Below are positions 42,086 through 54,844 of a DNA stretch of 64,000 nt, piece by piece. This stretch comes from Eledone cirrhosa (Eukaryota). Location: assembly GCA_964016885.1 (NCBI GenBank), contig OZ024742.1:44392001-44456000 (forward strand), read 5' to 3'. How positions within the stretch are numbered: the stretch's first letter is position 1; each line of letters starts with the position of its first letter. Position numbers and translations under genes: made by a program. A model generated the notes under the pieces. The model searched no databases. It was not told where the DNA came from and saw only the letters and a list, made by a program, of their open reading frames with translations.

Positions 42086-44367
42086 CTACAACGCGAGGAC
42101 CAAAAACGTGAGGTGTTCAGGATTGCTAGGCAATGTGTCAAGGAAAACCGTGATATTGTCGGGGAGAAGTGTGTACTTAACGATGATGGCATACTTGCCA
42201 TCACTGACACTGATAAGAAGGTTGCTTGGAAGTGTCACTATGAAAGGCTAGTAAATGAGGAGAATAAATGGGAGAAAGACAGTCTCCCCCACATCGACCC
42301 AATAGAGGGACCAGCAGTGTTAGTCGAGGGTAGTATAATAAGTAAGGCAATCAAAGATATGAAGACGCGTAAGGTGGCTGGGCCTTCGGAAATAGTTGCC
42401 GAAATGCTGAAGGCATCTGGTACGGTGGGACACACCATGGTCACCCGGATAGTTAACCAAGTCGTACAGAATGGGGTTGTTCCGAAGGACTGGCGTAGCA
42501 GCATCATCGTTAACTGTTATAAGGGTAAAGGAGATGCCCTAGATAGGAGTAACTATAGAGGCATTAAATTAATCGACCAGGTCATGAAGGTCACGAAAAA
42601 AGTAATAGCGCAAATAATCAGAGAGAGAATTGATCTAGATGAAATGCAGTTCGGGTTTGTGTCAGGCAAAAGTACCACAGACGCTCTTTTCATTGTACGA
42701 CAACTACAGGAAAAGTACCTAGCTAAAAGTAAACCCCTATACTTAGCTTTTGTCGACTTGGAGAAAGCCTTCGACAGAGTCCCCCGTTCCATTATCTGGT
42801 GAGCTCTTAGAAAACTAGGTGTTGACGAATGGCTTGTGAGAGCTATACAAGCCATGTATAAAGAAACAGTCAGCAAGGTTAGAATTAACAACGAATATAG
42901 TGAAGAGTTTAGCGTAGAAGTTGGCGTCCATCAGGGCTCTGTTCTCAGCCCCCTACTATTTATTATTGCCCTTCAGGCTATAACAGAGGAGTTCAAGACC
43001 GGTTGCCCATGGGAACTCCTATACGCAGATGACCTAACACTTATAGCTGAATCAATGACTGAGCTAGAGAAGAAATTCCAAACATGGAAGCACGGCCTAG
43101 AATCAAAAGGCCTTAAAATTAACCTGGCTAAGACTAAAGTTCTAGTTTGTAAGAAAGAAAATAAGGCGGCGGTCCCTTCCGGGAAGTGGCCATGCTCAGT
43201 GTGTAGGAAAGGCGTAGGTAGAAACTCCATTTTGTGTCCCAAATGCAAAGTATGGGTGCATAAAAGATGTAGTGGGATCACAGGTAAGCTAACTAAGAAC
43301 ATAGATTTTACATGTGGCCGGTGTTCTGGTGCAATAAGTAGCAGCAAGTGCCCACAAAATACTAGCTCTTTCAACTGCTCAGAGGGTTCTATAGAAATAG
43401 TGGACAGCTTCCGTTACCTGGGTGACAAAATAAGCAGTGGGGGAGGGTGCTCTGAAAGTACAGTAGCTAGAGTCAGAACTGGATGGAAAAAGTTCAGAGA
43501 GCTTATACCACTATTAGCCGCTAAAGGGTTCTCCCTAAAAATGAAAGGCAGGTTGTATGATGCCTGCATACGAACAGCAATGTTGCATGGCAGTGAGACC
43601 TGGGCATTGTGTACAGAGGATATACGCAGACTAGAGAGAAACGAAGATTGCATACTCCGCTGGATGTGTAATAGTAATATACGTGAACGGCAAAGCATAA
43701 ACGAACTAAGGAAAAAATTAGAAATAAGAGGGATCAGATGTTGTTTACTCGAGAGAAGGCTACGTTGGTATGGTCACGTGATGCGCATGAAAGACGATAG
43801 CTGTATAACAAAGTGCAGGGCAATAAAGATAGACAGTAGCCACGGAATAGGCAGACCCAGAAAAACCTGGGACGAGCTGATAAATTCCGACCTCACACAC
43901 TTACACCTCACCAAGACAATGTCACTGGACCGAGACCTTTGGCGGTACTCAGTAATAGAGAAGACCCGCCTTACCTAAATACAAAGTAAAACCTACTACA
44001 GTCAGTAGGCATCTCTAACAAAATACACCCCCGTCCCACCACCCCCACCCTATCCACACCGCCCCTTTCAATGTAAAGTTATGTTGGTGCCACAACATCC
44101 AGGCCGAAACAAATGAGATCGTGTAGGTGTCACGACAAAAAAACACACAGTTCACGCTGTAATGTGGCCGTGTAGGCAACACGGTAAAAACCTCCCAGCC
44201 CCACACTGTAAATGTGGTTGGTGTTAGGAAGGGCATCCAGCTTTAGAAAACCTGCCAGATAGTCCTATGTGAGCAAGATAATCACTCTTGCCTCAAGTGA
44301 GAAAACCCCGTCCAAACCCATGCAAGCGTGGAACACGGACGTTAAACGTTGATGATGATGATGATGA

Positions 44368-44371
<4 letters not shown>
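42081..44371 (+). mobile_element. 5'-truncated RTE LINE with a complete RT and PHD-like insert, one in-frame stop (42800-42802), full 3' UTR and (GAT)n tail
   Basis: [53 protein letters not shown] and GRPRKTW. Confidence 0.97.
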
Positions 44372-44398
<27 letters not shown>

Positions 44399-44401
<3 letters not shown>

Positions 44402-45550
44402 GGTGTGGACGATATTTGTTCGCAATTTTCAACTGCTAATTTTATGCAAATTTTTTTAACTTCCGTTGTCACTCTTGTCTTCATAAAAACAGTCACTATA
44501 TTTCCATTATTTATTTTCAGAATAATTGATTATGAATGTTGTTATACTTTGGGAGGGTCATGTTGCCAATAAGAAACACACGCACCAGTTGCTTTCACTC
44601 CAATTTATTATAAATTAAATATATAAATTTAAGAATTTATAAATTTCCGGTTGGTTGGTTGATTCCATAACCGGATGGTTGTTCATATATTGTCAAAGTT
44701 CTTTCGTCACACATTCTGTGACCTCTTCAGTGACTGGGGATTCTTTTCTTTGTTTTGTGCCTCTCCTTTGTTCTCTCCTACGCCATCTTGTTTTTGTGAT
44801 TATGAATAATTTTGAATTTGTGGAAGAGACACGGAGTTCTTCTTGGAATCCGCACCGGGAGGACAAATAAGACCAGAAGATCAACTCCCAGAACAACAGG
44901 TGGCTTGCTGTCTCATTCAAAGACGTGCCCAGAGTCATGCAGACAAAGTTTCCAGCGACAACATTGGTCTTAGGTGTCGTCAGCAGTCAAGGTGACGTCA
45001 TGCCACCTCACTTCTTCCCCGAGGGCCTCAAGCTGAACACCGATGGCTACATCCGCGTTCTGAACGAGGTAGTAAAGCCCTGGATCGACCAGGTAGCTGC
45101 AGGTAAGCCGTACGTGTGGCAGCAAGACTCAGTGCCCTGCCATACCAGCCGAAAGACCCAAGCCTGGCTGTCAGAGAACTTTGTCGACCACACTTCACCT
45201 GACATCTGGCCTCCCAGCTCGCCTGACTGCAACCCTCTCGACTTCTTTGTGTGGGGTGCAGTGGAACGAGACACCAACAGATCTAGCTGCAATGCGAAAG
45301 ACAATCTGAAGGCCAGGATCACGTGTCTTTAGGGGCCTAAGTCGGGGGACAGTGACGAAGGTCTGTAGCCAGTTCCGAGGCTGCCTTGCGGCCGTCATCA
45401 AAGCCAATGGCGGGTTTATCGAATGAGATCGAAAGAACAAGTCATGAAGACAAACTGACCCAAGTTTGATAAATATATCTTAAAAAATAAAACTACTGTG
45501 TTATCCTTTCCTAGACAGTAATCTTGCGAACAAATATCGTCCACACCCTG
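44399..45550 (+). mobile_element. Tc1/mariner-superfamily DD37D (maT-type) transposon, internally deleted
   Basis: Perfect 27-bp TIRs cagggtgtggacgatatttgttcgcaa (44399-44425 and 45524-45550) with TA flanks. ORF 44925-45332 has WQQD...SPDCNPLD with 37 residues between the two aspartates. Confidence 0.9.
44692..44734 (-). ncRNA. Minimal hammerhead in a pseudo-LTR fragment (about 44538-44800) nested inside the maT element
   Basis: GTCA-CTGAAGA-(G)GTCAC/GTGAC-GAAA-GAAC-TT^TGAC. Same element as 59120-59956. Confidence 0.7.
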
Positions 45551-45754
45551 TATATATATATATATAGGAAATGTATGAGCCCGACGGCAGAGCTCAAGCC
45601 GTTTCGATGGCTATTTCAGTCCAGAAATAGCCGTCGAAACGGCTTGAGCTCTGCCATCGGGCTCATACATTTTCCTATTACCCACTCTACTACCCTAAGT
45701 ATTGAGTACTCTGGTGCGTTATGGTCCATTTGGTTCCTTACCACATCTCCTTCG

Positions 45755-45788
<34 letters not shown>

Positions 45789-46101
45789 GAGAAAGTCTGG
45801 AGAGAGAAAGAGAAAGAGAGTGAGAAAGAGAGAGAGGAGAGAAGGTAAGGGAGAAAATGGAGACAGATGAAGATAGTAAAGGGTGAGAAAAATGGATAAA
45901 AATCGAAAAAAAGTAAAGAAAAAAATGTACATAAATGGATAGAAAAACAAAAGAGAATAAAATATAAGAGAATTGAGAATACAAGGAAGAAGGTAGATAG
46001 TGTGGAGAGAGAGAGAGAGAGAGGGAGGGAGAGAGAGAGAGAAAAGCTGTAAGAGATGGCGAAGAGAAAAAAGAGGTAGAGAGAAATGGGAGAGAGAGTG
46101 C

Positions 46102-46133
<32 letters not shown>

Positions 46134-46341
46134 AAGAGAGAGAAGCTAATAAGAGATGGTGAGGGAGAGGAAAGAGGTAGAGAGAAATGAGAGTGTGTGT
46201 GTAGGAGAGAGAGAGAGAGAGAGAGAGCGGGGGGGGGGGAGTGTGTGTGTGAGTGAGGAAAATTTGAGAATAAAAGGGAGACAGTAGATAGTGAAGTAGA
46301 GAGGGAGAGGGAAGATTATAGAATGAGGGAGAGGTGATGGT

Positions 46342-46409
<68 letters not shown>

Positions 46410-46521
46410 GAGGGGATGGGGAAAGAATATAGACAGAGTAGAAGGAAAGGTAGTAATTTGATAGAGACGAGGGAGAGGGGAGAATATATATATAAAAGTT
46501 GACCTTACCCAATTGCACCTC

Positions 46522-46895
46522 TCAACGGCGATGACTTAGGACCGTGACCTCTGACGTCATGCAGTAATACAGAAGACCTGACTTCCCATGGGAACAAGCC
46601 GAAGGTGAAGCATATAGACAATAAGCCCCATCCCTTCCCACTGCAAAGTGGTCATGGAGGTGCCACGATAAAAAAGCACCCAGCCCACACTGTAAAGTGG
46701 ACGTGTAGGCGCCACGGAAAAAAAGCACCTAGCACTCACTGTAAATGAGGTTGGTGTTAGAACGGGCATCCAGCTGTAGAAATCAAGCCAAAATCAGTTC
46801 CCGTATGAGCAAGACAAGGTCATCCGATCTTACATCGCCCACAACAGGACAACCCATCTAATCCATGCTAGGGTGGAAGAATGGATGTAAAACAG

Positions 46896-46925
<30 letters not shown>
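46522..46925 (+). mobile_element. RTE 3' fragment (second subfamily)
   Basis: gaccgtgacctctg..gcagtaatacagaagacc (DRDLW...VIQKT-like), 3' UTR and (GAT)n tail. Confidence 0.75.
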
Positions 46926-46926
<1 letters not shown>

Positions 46927-47912
46927 ATATGAAAAGTAAACAAAAAAACCCAACAATGATGACGTACAATGAAGATATATATTAGTTTCATGCTAACGTT
47001 TTGGACAATAGTCCTTCATCAGAAAATAGAATGAGAAATTAAAGAAAAAATAGAAAGATAGAGAAGAGTGAACAAAGGCAGAAATGAAAAGAATTTCTTC
47101 AAGAAAAAGCAGGTCTGTTCATTTTGCCATTTCTTGGAAAATTGTTGATAGGAGCATTTATAGTAGAGGAAGTTCAGTTGGTCATTTTTTGAAAGACTAA
47201 TCAAAACCATCTTATGTCATACTGAAAAGGAAAAAAAAAAATCCTTTTGCATTTAGAGTGGATATGTATGTGTGTAAGTGTGTGTGTGCATGCATGCATG
47301 TGTGTTTGTCGTTTGTCTGTACAGAGCAGTAAGGATATGTGTGTGTATAAGTTTAAGAGAGTGTGTGTCTTTGTTGTTTGTGTGTACAAAGCTGTAAAGA
47401 TATGTGTAGAGGTGTTTGTGTTTGTTTGTTGTTGGTCTGTATGAAGCTGCGAGAGTGTGTGTTTCTGACCGTAACAAAGCTGTAGGAAACTCGTGGGGTG
47501 AATGTACACGCACATGTGACAGCAGATGAAGTAGGGGTGATAGTGGCTAGGTGTATAGAAGCATGCCTCAGTACATGTGTGCAAGAGTAAATATAGATTA
47601 AATCTGGACCCAAAGCGGAAAATCAAGTTCTGCTCAGTCCTCGTGTGTGAAGCCAGTGATCTGTGATACAATAGAACACCCAGGACTGAGGCCTGTAGAG
47701 AGGAATGGTCTGGAAAATGGAAGTGATGGGCAATGGGAATATACCTGCAAAGTCGTATGTACTTTGAATGTTACTTGAATGATACTTATACTTCAGATTA
47801 ATTCTGAGAATTAGTATGAAGTATAAGTATCCACAAAGGGAACATCATCATCATCATCACCGTTTTACATCCATTTTTCTATGCTAGCATTGGTTAGACG
47901 AACACTGGCATA

Positions 47913-48004
<92 letters not shown>

Positions 48005-48007
<3 letters not shown>

Positions 48008-50345
48008 ATCAAAAGATGGTTAAAAGAGTTCCATGTATTTTATTATGCGCATTTCAAAAACAAATATCATCATGCAATAACATTTGTGTTTTCATCAGAT
48101 AAAATAGGAAGACATGATATGAAGGTTAAAAACACTTGTGGATAGTGCAGTTTTAAATCAACATATGAAAAGTAGTTTTAGATTGATGTGTGATATTGGG
48201 GAAACATTTTTTTAGGGGGGGAGGGGGGTTGGAAAGGATGAAAAAGAGGAGGAGATGAGAGTAAAAAGTGGAGGGGGAGGAGTATAATGAGGAAGGATGA
48301 GATAGGAGGAGAGATGGGTGATAGAGAGAGAGAGATAGCTTTTATAACTGAGAAAAATATATTTTTACATAGAGAGGTTGAAAACCATTGGAAGATAATG
48401 TATAAATTAAAAGAATTTAAAAATTAACGAAGAGAAAAATAATGTAAAGTTAAGGTTTGTATATTGAAGGGTTTAATAATATGTGCGATGGAAAGTAATG
48501 TAAGTAAGGATAAATTGTGAGATGATCATGGATAAGTTAGATGAAAGGGAGAAAAAAATAATGAATAGAGGATGAATAATCTAACGTAAAAAAAAATGTT
48601 TATGTTTACGAAGGATTTTTTTAAGGTGATATAAAGTAAGAATATATTGTATTGTGTAATAATTGTTTCTATGTTAGGCACAGTGAGAAAAGGTACAGAT
48701 TAGGGGTTAGAAATTAAAAGAAAAGGAAAAGAAAAGGAAAAGGAAGAAAGGGAAGTGATAAATAGGAGTGATATAAAATGAGTAACAAGTATTATATAAT
48801 GTATAATAAATACCTTTGAAATAAGGTAGAAAGATGGGTATATTTTTAAAGAAGTATATATATATATATATATGTGCCTTTGAGAAAAGGATTCTGAATT
48901 GAGCTGTATACTTTATGGAATGTTCTGTGGAATTTATGCAAGCAGAGAGAAAACAAGTCAGTGCGTCTATTTATTATAGAATCTAAATTAGATATAATGG
49001 TAAATTTTGCATTTAGACAGAGATTGCAAGTCTTGGATAGAGAACTGTTCAAGTATGAAGAAGCAGAAGAAACCTTTTTCCAAGAGATGTTATATTTAAT
49101 ATTTTTGTCTTTCAAGGGCCATATGAGTTCTGAGAGAGCCGTGTTGGTTCTTTTAAGTTGGTATTTAAAAGACGAATGATGATTATAAAGACGAGCTTTA
49201 AAGGAGGTGGAAGTGGAGCCAAAATAGGTGAAGGAATTGGTGTCAGTTATAACTTTACATTCGTAAATTAAGTTTTTATCAAGACAATGGTTATTGAGAG
49301 GACATTTATTTTTAGCAGGGCAATTGCAATTGCGATTAGAGAGATTATTAACGAGTGACCTAGTGTTATCTATAGAAGGAATTGGATTGGAGAAGTTATT
49401 TGCGATAGGAATAATAGTTTCTTGATTTAGAATGGGATTAAGAACATTTAGCGAAGTTGTGTTTGACGTTGTATTTGGGTTTGCAGAAAGTAGCCTAGAG
49501 TTTACAATGACGTCGGGAGTACTATTACTATTATTATGATATTCAGTGTTGGAAGGAAGAGATTTAGTATTTAGTATTTTATTGTTGTGTTTAGAGATAA
49601 TGTTGGAAATGTTGGAGGATGTCGAATAGGAAAATTTTATAGTGTGTTTGTAAAATATTTTACTATAGATATGTGAGGGAGGGAAGCATTTATTTAAGGC
49701 ACTAAAGAATAATTTAGGAATATTATTATTAATAGAGATGGAGAAAGGAGCATTATACCAGATTATGTTTTTGTATCTAGGTCTTTTATTAAAGTTATTG
49801 GAATGATCATGATTAATTATTCTACTGTAAGATCTAGAATTTGTTTCTTTATTATATTTGATTTTATCAGGATAGCCGGCTTTAGAAAGCGCGTTATTAT
49901 AGTAATTGGCGTTAGCATCAAAGATGTTTTTATTAGAAGATAGCTTAGATATTCTTTTTCCAATATTACTAACTATAGCATTCTTGATATTGGTAGGATG
50001 GTTAGATTTAAAATTAACATAATTTAGGTTCTCATTGTTTTTATGGTAAGGGTAATATAGGCCAGTGTCAAGATTAAGAGATACATCCAAGAAATTAGCT
50101 AGTTTGATGCTGTTATCAAATTCAATTTTTAGGTTATGTTGGTTAAAGAGATTACGTATATTGTTCTTAATAATATTAAGGTTAACTATGTTGCAATTTA
50201 AGATAGTAAAGAGTCCATCGTCACGATAAATTCCACCGCGAAGTTGAGGAATTTTCCGACTCAAAGAGTTCAAAATAAAGATACCAATTAAATGTGTCAA
50301 TTGGGATGAATCGGATGCTGTGATGTCGAAGTTATCTGCATTGAT
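48005..50345 (-). mobile_element. 5'-truncated YRDD-type (probably Hydra-clade-like) Penelope-like element; ORF 48846-50300 covers the RT C-terminal half and GIY-YIG
   Basis: GIYRDDGL, NFLDVSL, YVNFKSNHP, IIWYNAPFS, CNC..KCPLNNHC, NLIYEC...YFGST..FKARLYNH, CNLCL and a terminal C.H. The 3' end abuts (TA)n. Confidence 0.9.
48036..48106 (-). ncRNA. Well-formed minimal hammerhead in the 3' pseudo-LTR of the PLE
   Basis: Stem I TATTTTAT/ATAAAATA (8 bp), CTGATGA, long stem II (ACAAATGTTAT/ATGATATTTGT), GAAA, palindromic stem III ATGCGCAT, AUA cleavage triplet. Confidence 0.8.
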
Positions 50346-50528
50346 ATCTGCATTGCTTTATTGTACTACAATAAAACTCACCTTCTACATTATATATATA
50401 TATACGTGTGTGTGTATGTATATAAGTTAACGAGATATTGTTTAAGGTAATCCAAGTAAAGGTTATGAGTACTCTGTATCGAGGATAGTTTTAACGTTCG
50501 GTGTTGTTTGACTCAACAAGAAGTTTCC

Positions 50529-50968
<440 letters not shown>

Positions 50969-51215
50969 ATATATATATATGTCACACACAGACACACACA
51001 TATATATATATAAGAAAATTAGGTGTTTTTTTTAAATGAAAAAAAAAAAACGAGATGTCCTACACGAGTGAAAGTATAAGGAAAAAGATAAAATTGAAAA
51101 TGCAACTGGAGTCTTTTTAAGAATATTTATTTGTTTCCTTGACAGTTTCCTTTCACAGTTCTTATGCTTTTCAAAAGTAGAATTGAGATGAAGGGTTTGT
51201 GGTTTTTCTTGCATC

Positions 51216-51282
<67 letters not shown>

Positions 51283-51429
51283 TTAACGTCCATCTTCCAC
51301 GCTAGCATGGGTTAGACGGTTTTGTTCCATTTGATGCGGGAATGGTCGGAAGACCATGTCTTGCTTGCACAGAAGTGCCTCTGGCAGGTTTTTTACAGCT
51401 GGATGCCCTACCTAACACCAATCACATTT

Positions 51430-51466
<37 letters not shown>

Positions 51467-51507
51467 TTTGTGTGTGTGTATATACATATATATATATATA
51501 TGTATGT

Positions 51508-52260
51508 AGGATCTCAAATCTTTCTTTGAACAAGACAATCTTTGACAGAGTGGCACCGTATTATAACACTGCATTAGCTCTGATAAAATTGCTTAATCTC
51601 CTCTTAATCACACTACTAGTAGAAAGAAAAATAGAAAAAAATAATTTGGTTCTGCCCACCCTTCTCACTTGGAGTTAGAATTAATGCAGGTAGGAAATTC
51701 TTAGTGCTCCTAGACAAACATTTCCCTATAGAGGATAAATACAGATATATCTTTAATAGGCACAGGGTGAAACTCAGATATTCTTGTGCTAAAAATATGA
51801 AAGCCTACATCACCACCAACCTCAATAGCACTTCCTCATCCGGATGCTCTTGCAGAAAGCTAGTATAACACACCACAGTCACCTATGAGGCTGAAGTTAC
51901 ATTCACTCGGCCGAATCAACAGCAGGAGGTAAAACATATGTAGGTATGTCAGAGGGCTGATTTAAAAAATGCTTCCTTAACCATCAGATGATCTTTAGAC
52001 ACTTTGACAAACGATCATCCACGAAACTGGTAAGCCACGTTTGGTAAACTAAAGGAGGCAGACGTGAACTTCTCCATTGAATAGAAAATTCTCACTAAAT
52101 CGAGACCATATAGAAATGGAAAGCAGAACAGTAAGTTGTGCATCGACGAAAGAGTAAATATCTTGCAGAAGTTACATAAAATCTTAACATGAGATAAATT
52201 ATTTTAATCACTGTCCCCCATGCTGTGAAATTTCTATTGCCTAACTGGAAGGACTCAGGA
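51508..52260 (+). mobile_element. Degenerate YRDD-type PLE remnant
   Basis: RISNLS..KTIFDRVAPYYNTAL, IIWFCPPFS, LLDKHFP..KYRYIFNRH.VKL.YSC and YVGMSEG, spread across frames. Confidence 0.7.
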
Positions 52261-53569
52261 TAACCAGAAGTTTAGCCCGAACTGAACTATCACAAAGGAT
52301 TGTTCTTCAAAATTGCCCCCTCCCCCCTACAATAGTCATACTCAAGTTGTTTCTTTTGTCATTCAACTACTCACATCTGCCAGCTCATAAATACTTCCGT
52401 TCTCACTATAAACATACATGAGTTGAAGAATCCTTTGGGAAAAATGTGTGTTCTTAAGTATAGTTTGCTAATGTGTTGTATGTGTGTGCCAGATATCCGT
52501 AGATAAAAGACCAAGGAAAACAATGCTCAATCAAGTGCAAGAGAGCTTATTTAGTTTATATTAAATTTCATACACTTAACATGTATGCGTGACCTTATGG
52601 CCACCACTGTATAGTGGAAAAGCCATTCTAAAACTGGCCCCACTTATCAGGCACTAGGACAAAAGTTAAAGAAAAAACGTTTCTTTTCGAAAAATGGTCA
52701 TAGTTCACAAAGAGTTCCAGTCAAAAACAAAGGGTGATAACTCCCCCCAAACACCATAGATTATAATATTACATCACTATATATACAAAGAGGTGCATGC
52801 AATTTGCTTTGAATGTGTATGCATAATATGTGTCAAACCTAAGTTGTAAGTTTTTTTAAAAACTTTAGATGAATTTGTTACACTACAGATAAAGCTCATA
52901 TATTGTAAACTTAGTCGAACATATTTTACTCTTATCCTTGTATCAGGTTGTATAGGCAGGTATGAATAGAAATGTGTGTGTGTTACATAGTGTGTAATAT
53001 AATTTTGTAAATATTTAACCTCTTTTTAACAAACCTTTTCTAAAAGTTTCCTTAAAATTAAGACCGGAACATTGAAAATGACATTCTTTCTAGTATGGTG
53101 TATGTATTATGTGTGTGTCTGCTTGGAATCTGTTATAAATGTATTTTTGCACGTGTATATGTAACAGAAAAAAGGGTCATGGTAGATTTAACAAGTCTGG
53201 TGAGTGGGCATTTTGAAGTGTGGGTTTCCAGTTGGATAAAAGATGGCTTTTGAGATGCAAACAACATCTAAAAATCTCAGTTTTTGGCGTTAAGATGTGG
53301 AGAGTACAATACTTACAAAATCCTAAATTTTTCACTGAGGCAGAGCGGACCTCTCTTAGTTCCATTGATGTTTGGCCTGGACTCTACAAGCACATTCCAT
53401 GTTATTTCATGTGATATTCCTTTATCTTTCAGCTACGAGACTCTTTTTGCCAGTTCTATGCTAGTTCTCATATCAGGACGCCTGAATGAGGAGAGACGCA
53501 AGTAGAATTTTTGTTTAAATTGGTTATGCACCATATGGTGTATGCTGAGTGATGAATCCTGAGTAGTTA

Positions 53570-54020
53570 ATGTTGCGTGGTGCATGGTGAATGCTAAGAG
53601 TTGAATGGTGAATGGTGAGTGGTGAATGGTGAATAGTGAGTGGTGAATGGTGAACAGTGAATGTTGACTGGTGAGAGGTGAATGGTGAGTGATGAATGAT
53701 ATGTGGTGACTGATGAGTGGTGAGTGGTGTATGGTGAATGGTGAGTGATGAGTGGTGAGCAGTGAATGGTGAATGGTGAGTGATATGTGGTGCATGGTGA
53801 GTGGTGATTGATGAGTGGTGAATGGAGAGTGGTGAATGGTGAATGATATGTGGTGACTTATGAGTGGTGAATGGTGTGTGTTGAATGGTGAGAGATATGT
53901 GGTGCATGGTGAGTGGTGATTGATGAGTGGTGAATGGTGAGTGGTGAATGGTGACTGGAGAATGTTATATGGTGACTGATGAGTGGTGAGTGGTGTGTAG
54001 TGAATGGTGAGTGGTGAGAT
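53570..54020. repeat. (TGAATGG/TGAGTGG)n heptamer satellite with higher-order repeats
   Basis: Direct reading; gives the H/S/P/T-rich pseudo-ORFs. Confidence 0.9.
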
Positions 54021-54259
54021 AAAAACATGTTGACCCTCACAGTGATGAAACAATGGTGTTGGGATGTGTGGCAAACATGTCAAACCCACTGTAACACGAA
54101 TAAATCAATGCTAAACTCATGATGATGATGATGATGCTGAGGAGGAGGAATAGTAGTTCAATAACTATGATAATGATAATAATAATTAAAGAAATGATAA
54201 TATATAGACAGAGAGACAGACAGATGACTCTCTCTCTACTTATATATATATATATAATT

Positions 54260-54525
54260 GCCACCACCACCACCACAACCAACACCACCACCATCACTGG
54301 CTCCATTCCACCACCACCACCATCACCACCATCACTGACACTATCCACCACCACCACCATCACTGACGCCATCACCATCACTGACACCATCCACCACCTT
54401 CACCACCGCCACTGCCACCACCACCTTCACCACCACCACCACCACCACTGCCGCCACCACCACCACTGCCACCACCACCACCACCACCACCACCACCACC
54501 ACCACTGCCACCACCGCCACTATCA
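54260..54525. repeat. (CAC)n trinucleotide tract
   Basis: Direct reading. Confidence 0.9.
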
Positions 54526-54844
54526 CTAGTGGTGCTTTGTTTTATCGACCCCGTAAGGACGGAGAGTGGAAAGCCGTTGCTCTTTGCTGTAAAGCAAACA
54601 ATTATTATTATTATTATATAAAAACTGAACTGGACTGGAAAAGTCAACAGTTGACATGATTTTGATTTTGTATCAGTACTGACGGTAATATATATATATG
54701 TGTGTATATGTTTGTATGTGTGAGTGGTGTGTGTGTTTGTATGCATAAGTGTTGGTGTGTGAGTGGCGTGTGTGTTTGTAGTTTGTATGTCGGTTTTGAG
54801 AATGTAAGCAAAATACTTGTCTTTCCGCAGTCGACCCACTTAGG

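Noticed and set aside
42800-42802. In-frame TGA as selenocysteine or readthrough in the RTE
   Set aside because: Other copies have TGG or TCG at this position, so it is a simple point mutation.
45616-46518. 300-aa S/L-rich ORF
   Set aside because: Purine/pyrimidine-biased low-complexity DNA containing (GA)n and (GATA)n.
53433-54839. His-rich, poly-Gly and poly-Val ORFs
   Set aside because: Products of the heptamer satellite and the (CAC)n tract.
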